Shown: piece by piece, positions 45,206-53,987 of the stretch
Numbering within the stretch: the stretch's first letter is position 1
Layout: the number at the start of each line of letters is the position of its first letter
Virus record (IMG/VR): IMGVR_UViG_3300026531_000002
Span: 5,351-69,350 of that record
DNA from: a virus
Length of the DNA stretch: 64,000 bases
Direction: 5' to 3' (one strand)
Made by a program: the position numbers and the translations under genes
The notes under the pieces: generated by a model
The model's database searches: none
What the model was told of the DNA's origin: nothing
The model's input: the letters and a program-made list of their open reading frames with translations, nothing else

Positions 45206-46477
45206 TTAGTCTGCACTTTGAGGTTTTCTATAAAGTAGGAAAAGGTCAGGATAATTATCAATTTTAGTTTTGAATTTATTATTTTCAATATGCGGTAAAG
45301 AGCTATATAAAATTTCTTCTGTTTCTGGAATATCATACTCAACAACTTTATAAGGGTCTGGGTAAATAATCTTGACCATGTCATTAAAGTCGTCTGATAC
45401 AATTATAGCTCCGTCTTCATTTCTAACAATCACACCTTTAGGGGCATAAATTCCATTTAGTTTTGGTGGGGTTGTAGCAAGATTTTCTACACTAGCTTGA
45501 CCAGCAACCCAAATAATATTTCTATTTTCTAAATCAAAACCAATAACTTGTTTTAAAGCCTCACTAACTACTATTAATTGATTGCCATAAACACAAAAGT
45601 CATTTATCATTAAATCAAAAGTAATCCCAAATTCAGGCGGTGGGGTATATGTTGTTATATATGTTGCATTATTGTTTTCATCTAACTCAAATACAGCTAC
45701 TTGATTTAAATAAATAGAAACATATAGTTTATTCCCTATAATTCTCATAGCTTTAGGGTTTTTAATATAACCCTCTTCTGGATAATAACTGTTATTTCCT
45801 CTGTATAAAATGGTTTTTACTAATTCACCGTTTGTGTCTAATTCAAAAACAACTCCATCACTCTTATTTGTTAAATATGTATCATTTTCAACATCATAAC
45901 CTCTACCATACAGTTGTGCTACTGCATAATTTCCATTAGGTAGTTTTGAAATTTGTCTTACATAATTTAATCTTCTATCTTTTAATTCGCCACGGCTATT
46001 ATTCCCAAAATCCCATAAATGTTCTAAAGTTGAGTATTTTACAGCTTCTATTTTATAGTCTTTAGCAACTATCATAATATCATTCTCAATATCAACTAGA
46101 ACGGTTCTTAGTGATACTTGTCCTCTGTATCCTTTAATAAAGTTAAAGTGTTTGTCATAAATAAAAGCTCCGTAATAGCCAGCAACAGCAAACATTTCTT
46201 CACCATCTTCATAAAATCTATAAAATTTATATTGGTCTCTATTTGCTAGATTGTAACCATCTCTAGCAGTATGTAAAAGTAACCAATCTCTTGTCTTAAC
46301 AGGCTCTTCTAAAGGTTTGTAATAACCATATGCTAAAGCTTCTACTTCAAGCTGTTCTAACATCTCATCAACTACATAATCAGGAAGAGCATTACACACA
46401 TTATCATAGTATCTACTATTTGCTTCAACTACTTTAGCTTGCCCCTCTTTTACTTTTAATAGGCACTCTTTAATCAT
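45206..46477 (-). CDS. Beta-propeller (NHL-like) protein, probably virion-associated
   Basis: NPKAMRI, APKGVIV...IIVSDDFNDMVKII blade-like motifs; late box upstream. Confidence 0.55.
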   Translation of the reverse strand: MIKECLLKVKEGQAKVVEANSRYYDNVCNALPDYVVDEMLEQLEVEALAYGYYKPLEEPVKTRDWLLLHTARDGYNLANRDQYKFYRFYEDGEEMFAVAGYYGAFIYDKHFNFIKGYRGQVSLRTVLVDIENDIMIVAKDYKIEAVKYSTLEHLWDFGNNSRGELKDRRLNYVRQISKLPNGNYAVAQLYGRGYDVENDTYLTNKSDGVVFELDTNGELVKTILYRGNNSYYPEEGYIKNPKAMRIIGNKLYVSIYLNQVAVFELDENNNATYITTYTPPPEFGITFDLMINDFCVYGNQLIVVSEALKQVIGFDLENRNIIWVAGQASVENLATTPPKLNGIYAPKGVIVRNEDGAIIVSDDFNDMVKIIYPDPYKVVEYDIPETEEILYSSLPHIENNKFKTKIDNYPDLFLLYRKPQSAD

Positions 46478-46503
46478 CTTTTAGTCCTTATTTTTTGGCT
46501 CGC

Positions 46504-46508
46504 TATCG
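46504..46508 (-). promoter_or_regulatory. Late promoter box CGATA
   Basis: aaatttgCGATAgcgagccaaaaaataagg. Confidence 0.75.
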
Positions 46509-46518
46509 CAAATTTGGG

Positions 46519-47022
46519 CTAAATGATTTTTCTAAGGCTTGCTAGTTCATCAAATACATCAGCTATACTTAAAACTGAACCTCTTCCACCTCGTTTTGTT
46601 AAAACATCATTAACCCATTTTTCCCATTTTGGTGTTGCCCCATCTTTTCTAGCAGGTTTTCCGTAGTTTGTAAAGTAGGCATAATCAACTCCTATCTCAC
46701 CTGAAGCAGTAATTGACACATTTCCTTGACCTGTTATTTTTGTTTTCAATTTTCCACGAATATTTCTTTTTTGTTTTCCAGAATTTTGGTATGGAAATAA
46801 TCTGTTAGCTGGTCTAGCCCTGTGTAGGTACTGCTTCGGAATTAAGATTGAAACAGCCTCTTTTAAAGACCTTTCCCATTTGTTTATTTCTTCATGTGTA
46901 AGCTGTATAAAAGCATCAATAGTATCTTTACTGAATTTATCTAAGTTTAGTCTAAAGTTTTTCCAGCTTTTTGGAATATAACCCCTTGCATCTGCTTTTT
47001 CAATCCATAATAAATTAGCCAT
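46519..47022 (-). CDS. Putative neck / tail completion protein (HK97 gp10-like)
   Basis: Basic; PYQNSGKQKRNI...VDYAYFTNYG; CGAAA box at 47044-47048. Confidence 0.55.
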   Translation of the reverse strand: MANLLWIEKADARGYIPKSWKNFRLNLDKFSKDTIDAFIQLTHEEINKWERSLKEAVSILIPKQYLHRARPANRLFPYQNSGKQKRNIRGKLKTKITGQGNVSITASGEIGVDYAYFTNYGKPARKDGATPKWEKWVNDVLTKRGGRGSVLSIADVFDELASLRKII

Positions 47023-47110
47023 TTAGTATCCTTTTAAGTGCTGTTTCGATTTATTTTATTTTAAGGTTTATTGTGTTATACTTTCAACATATACAACAAA
47101 GGAGTTCAGA

Positions 47111-47230
47111 ATGAGAAATTTTCATATTGTAAAGGCTTTTAAAAAAGAGGTTGATTTAAAAACTCGTGTTGTTAAATCTAAAAAGAAATATACTAGAAAA
47201 GTTAAACACAAAAGGAGAGGTTGTGAGTGA
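47111..47230 (+). CDS. ArfA-like small basic protein (39 aa, not in ORF track)
   Basis: sigma70 promoter 47062-47083, AAGGAG RBS; MRNFHIVKAFKKEVDLKTRVVKSKKKYTRKVKHKRRGCE. Confidence 0.6.
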   Translation: MRNFHIVKAFKKEVDLKTRVVKSKKKYTRKVKHKRRGCE

Positions 47231-47726
47231 GTATTTAACAGAAGCTAAGTTAGAATTATACCTAAAAAATATCTTTCCAAATACAAATATAATTAGAGAT
47301 AGAATTGTTCCTAATTCTGGTATAAAAAACAGACCAGATTTTAGAATAGATGAATTAATGTTAATTGTAGAGTTTGATGGTTATGGACACTATACAAAAC
47401 CTAAAACAATACTAACTGATAATATGAAAGATACTACTTATCAAAATATGGGTTATACAGTTGTTAGAATACCTTATTTTATTCAATGGTCAAAAGAACT
47501 TGTTAAATCATTATTTGGTATTGACACTACAATAAAACAAACTTACCCGCACGGATTTATTGATAAGAAAGCACCTCTACCAGCTGAATTTTGTAGTTTA
47601 GGTTTAGAAAAGTTTAATGAAGATTTAAATAAATTTAGTTTTGCTAAAAATGATATTTTAATATCATTAAAAAATAAAATAGATAGTGGTTTAGACTACT
47701 TGTTAGTTTATCCACTAAATTTTTAA
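47223..47726 (+). CDS. PD-(D/E)xK / Vsr-like endonuclease
   Basis: RPDFRI...IVEFDGYGHY...GYTVVRIPY; GTG start after AGGAG. Confidence 0.78.
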   Translation: MSEYLTEAKLELYLKNIFPNTNIIRDRIVPNSGIKNRPDFRIDELMLIVEFDGYGHYTKPKTILTDNMKDTTYQNMGYTVVRIPYFIQWSKELVKSLFGIDTTIKQTYPHGFIDKKAPLPAEFCSLGLEKFNEDLNKFSFAKNDILISLKNKIDSGLDYLLVYPLNF

Positions 47727-47749
47727 ATAGAGGCTAATTAAGCCTCCAC

Positions 47750-49141
47750 TTACAACACTATAAAATCTGTACTATTTTTTTCTTGATTAATAACACTTGC
47801 ATACAAATACCGCAAACTTGCTAAAGCTAAGTCAAAGTGTTTATGCTTCTTGCTAATCATAATTGTTTTAGTATTAGGGTTTTTCCATCTCAAATTTTCA
47901 ATCTCATCTATTAACTGTGTGCAGTTTTCACTAATAAGTAGTTTACCTTTATCAAACCCTGTATTAACATATTCCAAACCATTATCAATAGGGTTGAATG
48001 CAGGGTATGTATAATACTGATAGTTATTCACTAAATCAACTTGTGTTTGTGTTGCAGATGGGTCAAGAAACCTTAAAATCTTTTGAACACCAAACTGCTC
48101 TTCTAGTTGTACCCACCCTTTGTAATGTGTTTCTAAAGGAGCTTGTGCAACACTATACTCACCAACAATGTAAAAGTTACCTGTAAAGTCCTCTTTAAAC
48201 CCTAATAAATAACCTGTGTTAGCGGCATATCCAACATCTATTCCAGCATAGAATTGTATATGTTCAGGGTGTTTTAACTTCTCTAAAATAACACTATGTT
48301 CAACTACATTTTTATCTCTATCAAAAGCATAATAAAGTTGCTCATTTGCACCTTTTGTCCAAACACATTCGTACTCTCTTTTAAAGGTAACTTCATCAAG
48401 CTCTTGTTTGATTCTTGCTAAAAAATCTTTAGAGATATATGGGTTAGTTGCTGTTGGGTAACTTCTAGCAACATAGTGGTTGAAAGTTTTTCCTTTACAC
48501 TCAAATTGATACTTTTTAGATTTTGCTCTGTTGTATAATGTGTAAAAATCATTAGTTTCATCTCTAGCTGTTCCAATAAAAATTGTTTTAGAGTTTGCAA
48601 AACCGCACTCATCTGAACCAAAATCTGCTTGGCTAGGGCCTAATATACTCTCATATATATGAAGTGCATTGTTGATTGATTGGGTTTCCTCAAAAACAAT
48701 TAAACTAAACCTGTCAGATAGAGCCGACTCATAGCTTGTATCAGTAACTACACGGAGTTTTGCTCCATTCTCTAGTTTAATGTACATATTTTTAGTGTTC
48801 TGTTCGGCAATATCTAATTTAAGTTTCAATATGTTTTTTTTAGTTTCATTAAATATTGCGTAAGCATTAGCAAATTTTGGAGCAACAACTAGTACAGAAG
48901 CATTAGGAGCTAACATATCTGAAATTACAATACTAGATGTTAAAAAAGATTTTCCCCATCTTCTCCCATTTACTAATACAAGATAACTGTATAGTCTTGA
49001 TTTAACAATTTCTAAGACTTCCCTTTGTTTAGGGTGTGGTTTTTGTCCTAATAAATCCCACACCTTTAAAGGGTCTATTAATCTAGCCACATCTAAGTAT
49101 TCTTGTATCTCCTGTGGCAGTTCTGGTAAAGTTTCTTCCAC
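47750..49141 (-). CDS. terL: Terminase large subunit
   Basis: PHPKQ, GRRWGKS, LIVFEE, FIGT, FKREY, GIDVG, DPS. Confidence 0.92.
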   Translation of the reverse strand: MEETLPELPQEIQEYLDVARLIDPLKVWDLLGQKPHPKQREVLEIVKSRLYSYLVLVNGRRWGKSFLTSSIVISDMLAPNASVLVVAPKFANAYAIFNETKKNILKLKLDIAEQNTKNMYIKLENGAKLRVVTDTSYESALSDRFSLIVFEETQSINNALHIYESILGPSQADFGSDECGFANSKTIFIGTARDETNDFYTLYNRAKSKKYQFECKGKTFNHYVARSYPTATNPYISKDFLARIKQELDEVTFKREYECVWTKGANEQLYYAFDRDKNVVEHSVILEKLKHPEHIQFYAGIDVGYAANTGYLLGFKEDFTGNFYIVGEYSVAQAPLETHYKGWVQLEEQFGVQKILRFLDPSATQTQVDLVNNYQYYTYPAFNPIDNGLEYVNTGFDKGKLLISENCTQLIDEIENLRWKNPNTKTIMISKKHKHFDLALASLRYLYASVINQEKNSTDFIVL

Positions 49142-49339
49142 TTACTTCACCTCCAAACTAATTATACCTTTTTTGATTTTCTTTTTAGTAGGTACCGCTC
49201 CTTTGGTTTTAACAGGTTCTACTTCAGACTTTGGAACTAATCTTAAAGACCCACCAAACTCAACTTCTACAAACTCTCCTTTTTCTTCTACAATTCTACC
49301 TTTTCCAAATGTTTTATGTTTTACTATTTTAGTTTCCAT
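49142..49339 (-). CDS. Small SH3/Tudor-like protein upstream of terminase
   Basis: VKHKTFGKGRIV...VEVEFG. Confidence 0.55.
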   Translation of the reverse strand: METKIVKHKTFGKGRIVEEKGEFVEVEFGGSLRLVPKSEVEPVKTKGAVPTKKKIKKGIISLEVK

Positions 49340-49368
49340 TATAAATCCTTTACAAATTTTAGTTAAGG

Positions 49369-49373
49369 TGTCG
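49369..49373 (-). promoter_or_regulatory. Late promoter box CGACA
   Basis: aaatagCGACAccttaactaaaa. Confidence 0.65.
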
Positions 49374-49451
49374 CTATTTAAGAAATTATTAAGTTTTTTT
49401 TGTTATACTTTTATCAGCCCTTGAGGTGAATTTAATTTTTAGGAGATATAA

Positions 49452-49658
49452 ATGGAAAACAAAGAAATGAGTGCTGAAGAAAAAGCTAGATTAGAAAGAA
49501 AAAAGAAAGAAAAAGAAATGGTAGAAAGAAAAGCAAGAGCTGTTGCTAAAGAGAACGGTATTGATTTTTCTCAAGACTGGGAACAGTATTTTCTTAGTTA
49601 TAGACTGCTAGGTTTTTCAGAAGAGTTAATTGTAAGTAAATGGAAAGAGGAGGTTTAA
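49452..49658 (+). CDS. Hypothetical protein
   Basis: AGGAG RBS; sigma70 promoter 49389-49409. Confidence 0.6.
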   Translation: MENKEMSAEEKARLERKKKEKEMVERKARAVAKENGIDFSQDWEQYFLSYRLLGFSEELIVSKWKEEV

Positions 49659-50357
49659 ATGAGAATAGAATTATTACATAACACACCTTTATCAGTTGCT
49701 GTTATGGCAACTAGAACTTGTTATGACAGTTTTGATAAATCTGATACTGAAATTAATTGTGTAGATAAACATTGTGATTATGATAAATTTTTAGATACAA
49801 GAAAGTTTTGTTTAACTTGTGAGCAAAATAAAGCAGATTTAGGAGAAAAAGATAAAGAGCTTATCAATAGAATAGGCAACAAAATGCAACACCGTAGTGT
49901 ACTAAGACACTTACACTATACTTTTTATATTGAGGGTATGAGTACTAAAACTTTACTAGCTTTAACTAGACATAAAGTTGGAACAGAATTTTCTATTCAG
50001 TCTAGTAGGTTTACTTTAAAAAAAGAATATAAAAAAGGAAAGGTAAATTATACTTACACAGGAAATAAAGATGTTGATACAATACTTGAACAAATTATTG
50101 AGTTGGTTGGAGATGCTATTGACACAGGAGCTAGTAATGATGAGTTAAGTATGTTACTTCCACAAGCATATCAATATAATGGTGTTGTAACATTTTCTTT
50201 TGAGGCTCTTTATCACTTCTTAGATTTAAGATTAACCAAAGAAGCTCATTTTGATATTAGAAAACTAGCTGTAAAGCTTTATGAAAGCATACCTTTTGAA
50301 CACCTTTATTTATTTGATGGTGTTAGAGATAAGTATGGAAATTTATTAGATTTTTAG
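49659..50357 (+). CDS. thyX: Flavin-dependent thymidylate synthase
   Basis: ATRTCY, HRSVLRH, TRHK...SIQSSRF, LLPQA, FLDLR...AHFDIR. Confidence 0.88.
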   Translation: MRIELLHNTPLSVAVMATRTCYDSFDKSDTEINCVDKHCDYDKFLDTRKFCLTCEQNKADLGEKDKELINRIGNKMQHRSVLRHLHYTFYIEGMSTKTLLALTRHKVGTEFSIQSSRFTLKKEYKKGKVNYTYTGNKDVDTILEQIIELVGDAIDTGASNDELSMLLPQAYQYNGVVTFSFEALYHFLDLRLTKEAHFDIRKLAVKLYESIPFEHLYLFDGVRDKYGNLLDF

Positions 50358-50358
50358 G

Positions 50359-50625
50359 CTACCTCTTTAGTAGCCTATCCTCTTCTTTTTGTAAAATTGC
50401 TCTTATTAATAACACAAAATTTACTACTAATAACAATACATTTCCATAATTTAGTTCATGACCTTTATTGAGATACACAATAATAGGAGTAGCTAAAGAT
50501 AATAAAAATGTACTATAACTCCTCCTATAAGCCTTAGTTTCTAATGCTATTAATGGTAATAATAAACTAACAAAAATCACAACATCACAAGGAGTTATTT
50601 TATTTAACATTTTCTCCACCTCCAA
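50359..50625 (-). CDS. Small membrane protein (holin/antiholin candidate)
   Basis: Three hydrophobic segments. Confidence 0.45.
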   Translation of the reverse strand: MEVEKMLNKITPCDVVIFVSLLLPLIALETKAYRRSYSTFLLSLATPIIVYLNKGHELNYGNVLLLVVNFVLLIRAILQKEEDRLLKR

Positions 50626-51052
50626 AAACCTTTTTAACTCTTTTAACTAGAAAATCAAACACAGGAACACTATACCAACTTAAATAGAATGCTATAATAA
50701 ACCAAATAGATTTATCTAACCTATAATCTTGTTGTGTTACTTCAAAATACTTAATAACAAACTCATTACCTACTTTGCTTAATATTAAATACCAAAAAGG
50801 AATGCTGAATAAACCTATGACTAATCCTTTTACCAAACTTCCTATTACAATCTTAGTTGTTAAGTCTTCTTCGCTAGTACTTAGTTCATGAACTACACCA
50901 AATGCTGACACAATAGCTCCTACACCAGCCAAATATAAAAACCCTGTATCTGTTAAAATTGTAATTTCTGCCAAAACACTTGAAGATGCTACGGCTACAC
51001 CTGTTGCAATAGTATTATTAATTTCAGTGGTCATACTATTACCTCCAACCAT
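50600..51052 (-). CDS. Putative holin
   Basis: Three to four TM segments, basic C-terminus, late operon. Confidence 0.55.
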   Translation of the reverse strand: MVGGNSMTTEINNTIATGVAVASSSVLAEITILTDTGFLYLAGVGAIVSAFGVVHELSTSEEDLTTKIVIGSLVKGLVIGLFSIPFWYLILSKVGNEFVIKYFEVTQQDYRLDKSIWFIIAFYLSWYSVPVFDFLVKRVKKVFGGGENVK

Positions 51053-51431
51053 AACTAATCCACTTTCCTAAAGTAACTCCATAGTAGAATACTTTAGCAG
51101 TTAATTTTGAAATACCTAATTCAAGTAAAGCTGTGTAAAATACTTTGTCAGCTCTTGTGCGGCGGTTTAGCCAGACTTCTCTGCTTTTAGTTTGCTCATA
51201 GAAATTATTAGCTTGACTGCATAGGTAATCATGTAAGATAACAGCAGGTAAATAGTCAGTTTTGTTCGGTGGGTACACGCACCAAAAAGGTCTAGGAATA
51301 TCTGCTCCATTTGTAGTGTAATCTTTTGGTATAGTATAGGAGTGTTCCCCTACTTTAATCTTGTAATCTCTATTAACCTCTAATCTATTATTAGGTAAAG
51401 GTGTAAGAGATAAATCTTTATAAAAATCCAT
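51039..51431 (-). CDS. DUF1353-family protein
   Basis: IPKDYTTNGADIPRPFW...AVILHDYL...RADKVF. Confidence 0.85.
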   Translation of the reverse strand: MDFYKDLSLTPLPNNRLEVNRDYKIKVGEHSYTIPKDYTTNGADIPRPFWCVYPPNKTDYLPAVILHDYLCSQANNFYEQTKSREVWLNRRTRADKVFYTALLELGISKLTAKVFYYGVTLGKWISYGWR

Positions 51432-51453
51432 TAAATACCCTTTTTTGGGGCGT

Positions 51454-51458
51454 TATCG
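51454..51458 (-). promoter_or_regulatory. Late promoter box CGATA
   Basis: ctaaaaaatccgCGATAacgccccaaaaaaggg. Confidence 0.75.
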
Positions 51459-51471
51459 CGGATTTTTTAGG

Positions 51472-52050
51472 TTATTTTTTAGTGGTAATAAGCTCTAAAT
51501 CCGCTGTTGTGTAGTCTTTATTTACTAACTTAAAAGTTAATGAGTCTGAATTAAACCTAACATTAAATAATATATCAAAAGGTTCTTCAACATTGTGGTC
51601 TTTGGTTGGGGGATTTTCTAAAACCAAAGACAATCCCCCTCCGTCTCTTTGTTGTATATCTTGAATCCAAATAAAGTCTTCGTCCTTTAGTTTAATAGCT
51701 AATTTAGTATTAATATTGTGATAAAAACTATTATACCCAAAATCATTTGTTTTAATTACTGAACTATTTGTAGTTACAGGCTCTGTTAGGACACCGTAAC
51801 ATAATTTTGGGTTAAACACAAAACTTTCTTGTCTTCCTTGCACCTCTTTAAAAAATGAGTGTAAAATATATTTCTGTTCTATATTTATAAACTCTAAAGA
51901 AACTCTAAAAGCTAGCTGTGTAGGTTTTAGAGTATATAGTTCTTGTTTTTGGTAATCTTTTCCTATTGTTTTATTGTAATGAATATAAGAACTAGATATT
52001 TTATTTTCTCTAATTAATACTTCTGGAAATTCTCTAATAACTTCAGCCAT
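51472..52050 (-). CDS. Distal tail-like protein
   Basis: FFKEVQGRQESF...VRFNSDSL, DUF2460-like pattern. Confidence 0.6.
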   Translation of the reverse strand: MAEVIREFPEVLIRENKISSSYIHYNKTIGKDYQKQELYTLKPTQLAFRVSLEFINIEQKYILHSFFKEVQGRQESFVFNPKLCYGVLTEPVTTNSSVIKTNDFGYNSFYHNINTKLAIKLKDEDFIWIQDIQQRDGGGLSLVLENPPTKDHNVEEPFDILFNVRFNSDSLTFKLVNKDYTTADLELITTKK

Positions 52051-53121
52051 TTATAACTCCTGTAATGTTATATTAATTTTAGTAAAGTTCTGTGTAGGGT
52101 AATCTACACTAACCGCATCAGTAATTTGCATTATCTTACAAGGCATCACATAATAGTTTAAATCTAAAATTTTAATATTAGATTCTAATGTAATTACTCC
52201 ATCACTTATTTGAATTACTTTAGAAATAAATCCTGTATCATTTTTATTATAAACTGCCACATATTCTCCTAAAGTAAACAAATCTTCTGTCCCTTGTTGA
52301 ATGTAAACCTTTTTATAGTTATTTTCATTCGTCTGTTTAACAGACTGTAACAAACTCCACAAAGGTTGAATAGCAGTCAATTTTATATATTTAATTAAAT
52401 TATCTAAAATAGATAGCAATTTTTGTTTACCTCCAACACTAATTGTAAAAGATGTTTTATATTTACCACCTAACAAGAAATTTTTTCTACTTTCTGTACC
52501 ATTTAGGCTAGTAAATATTCTGTTATAAAAAAATAAAGTATCTGAATAAGCATTGAAATCAGGCTCTACAAGTACTGACACAGGAGCTAATTTAACTCTT
52601 TCTCCTAATATCCTAACAGGTATTTTTAATTTGTTCCCATCTTCATCTTCTAACTCTACATAAATTGTTTCATCAATAAAATCAACACCTACCATTTTTT
52701 TAGCAGTTAATTCAATCAAACCTTTTGTTTTAGGTAGCATTTGTAAAGTTAAAACATTATACTCAACTTCAGCACCTTTAGAAATATACACATTTGTAAT
52801 ACTAAAAGTATGGACAGTTGAGTTATATAATTCTAAAATAACTGAAATATCTTCTGTTGATATTATTCCAAAATTAACCTCTAACTGCTTATTATTTCCT
52901 GTTCCTATAATATATTGTTGCAAATCAAAATATAAAACATTATTATTTCCAATAGGTTTATTTTGTCTTCCCTCATATTCAAGTTCTGTTGTGCTTATAG
53001 TTCTACCTTTATTATCTAAAGCATAAGCCCTTTCTAACTCTTCTATCTCTTTAACAGTGTCTTCTGTAAACACAAAAGGGAGTTTAGCAGGGTATTTACC
53101 TGCTCCAAATTCTGTTGCCAT
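52051..53121 (-). CDS. Virion structural (tail) protein
   Basis: EPDF...IFTSLNGTESR...PLW, as in B3/YuA-type tail modules. Confidence 0.6.
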   Translation of the reverse strand: MATEFGAGKYPAKLPFVFTEDTVKEIEELERAYALDNKGRTISTTELEYEGRQNKPIGNNNVLYFDLQQYIIGTGNNKQLEVNFGIISTEDISVILELYNSTVHTFSITNVYISKGAEVEYNVLTLQMLPKTKGLIELTAKKMVGVDFIDETIYVELEDEDGNKLKIPVRILGERVKLAPVSVLVEPDFNAYSDTLFFYNRIFTSLNGTESRKNFLLGGKYKTSFTISVGGKQKLLSILDNLIKYIKLTAIQPLWSLLQSVKQTNENNYKKVYIQQGTEDLFTLGEYVAVYNKNDTGFISKVIQISDGVITLESNIKILDLNYYVMPCKIMQITDAVSVDYPTQNFTKINITLQEL

Positions 53122-53987
53122 TAGAATAAATCCTCTTCTTCTGTCATAATTGTACCCTCAAATTCTCCTGATTTAGGTAAGAAAGGATATGCTAAAAATT
53201 CTTTATCAAATTCTTCAAACCTAATTGCTTCAGGAGCTATTGGGTGTCCATCTGGAAATAAATAATGAGATGTGCTTTCCCCTACTAATTTAAATTCATC
53301 CCCACTTTCTGCAACAAAAAACTTCATAGGAGTTAAGTAAACACCACCATGTTCATCAACCCAACTGTGAGTCTGTCTATCTATATCTAATTCAACCCTA
53401 AATTGATACTCCCCACCAGCTACTTTTTTATAGCTGTACCATTTGTCATCATTAAAATAAAAGAATGCTTTAGTGTCATCTTGTTGTCCTAATAGGTATT
53501 GCCCACCACTAACTGCATCGAAATTTCTAGTAACACCTGCAAAGATGCTGGTGTGGTATTTATAGTTAATATTTTTTGTATAATAGTCCCTAAATCCAAA
53601 TAAATACACATTTAAAAAATCTTGCCCTACATTCATAACTAATAGTCTAGGACTCATAGATGGATTTAACTCTCTACTAAAATTATACCATTGTTTCCAA
53701 TATGGAAAGTTGTTACCGTCTTGGTCTTTTGGTCTTCCATCTTGGTCATCAAAACTAACACTTGCGTCATAACTATTAAAGACACTAATTTCTATTTGCC
53801 AATCAGTCCCATCTTCGGTATTTCTAAAACCTAAAATTAAATCAACTCCTGTTGATGTTGTTGATTTAATTACTTTTAAATTAGAATCATTTACTAAACT
53901 ATCCCAACCATTATTAACTGCAAAGTCATGAATAGTCCCTAAAATATCTGTTGTCTTTTCCCTTAATGTTTTAAATACATAAGCCAT
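53121..53987 (-). CDS. Virion structural protein
   Basis: MAY...DFAVNNGW start typical of this tail module; coupled to neighbours. Confidence 0.6.
   Translation of the reverse strand: MAYVFKTLREKTTDILGTIHDFAVNNGWDSLVNDSNLKVIKSTTSTGVDLILGFRNTEDGTDWQIEISVFNSYDASVSFDDQDGRPKDQDGNNFPYWKQWYNFSRELNPSMSPRLLVMNVGQDFLNVYLFGFRDYYTKNINYKYHTSIFAGVTRNFDAVSGGQYLLGQQDDTKAFFYFNDDKWYSYKKVAGGEYQFRVELDIDRQTHSWVDEHGGVYLTPMKFFVAESGDEFKLVGESTSHYLFPDGHPIAPEAIRFEEFDKEFLAYPFLPKSGEFEGTIMTEEEDLF

Noticed and set aside
48680-48712. Terminase Walker B reads FEE instead of DE, suggesting inactivation
   Set aside because: Conservative change with all other motifs intact; not evidence of loss of function
49142-49339. Terminase small subunit
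   Set aside because: Position fits, but it is only 65 aa and beta-barrel-like with no helical oligomerisation region; left unassigned
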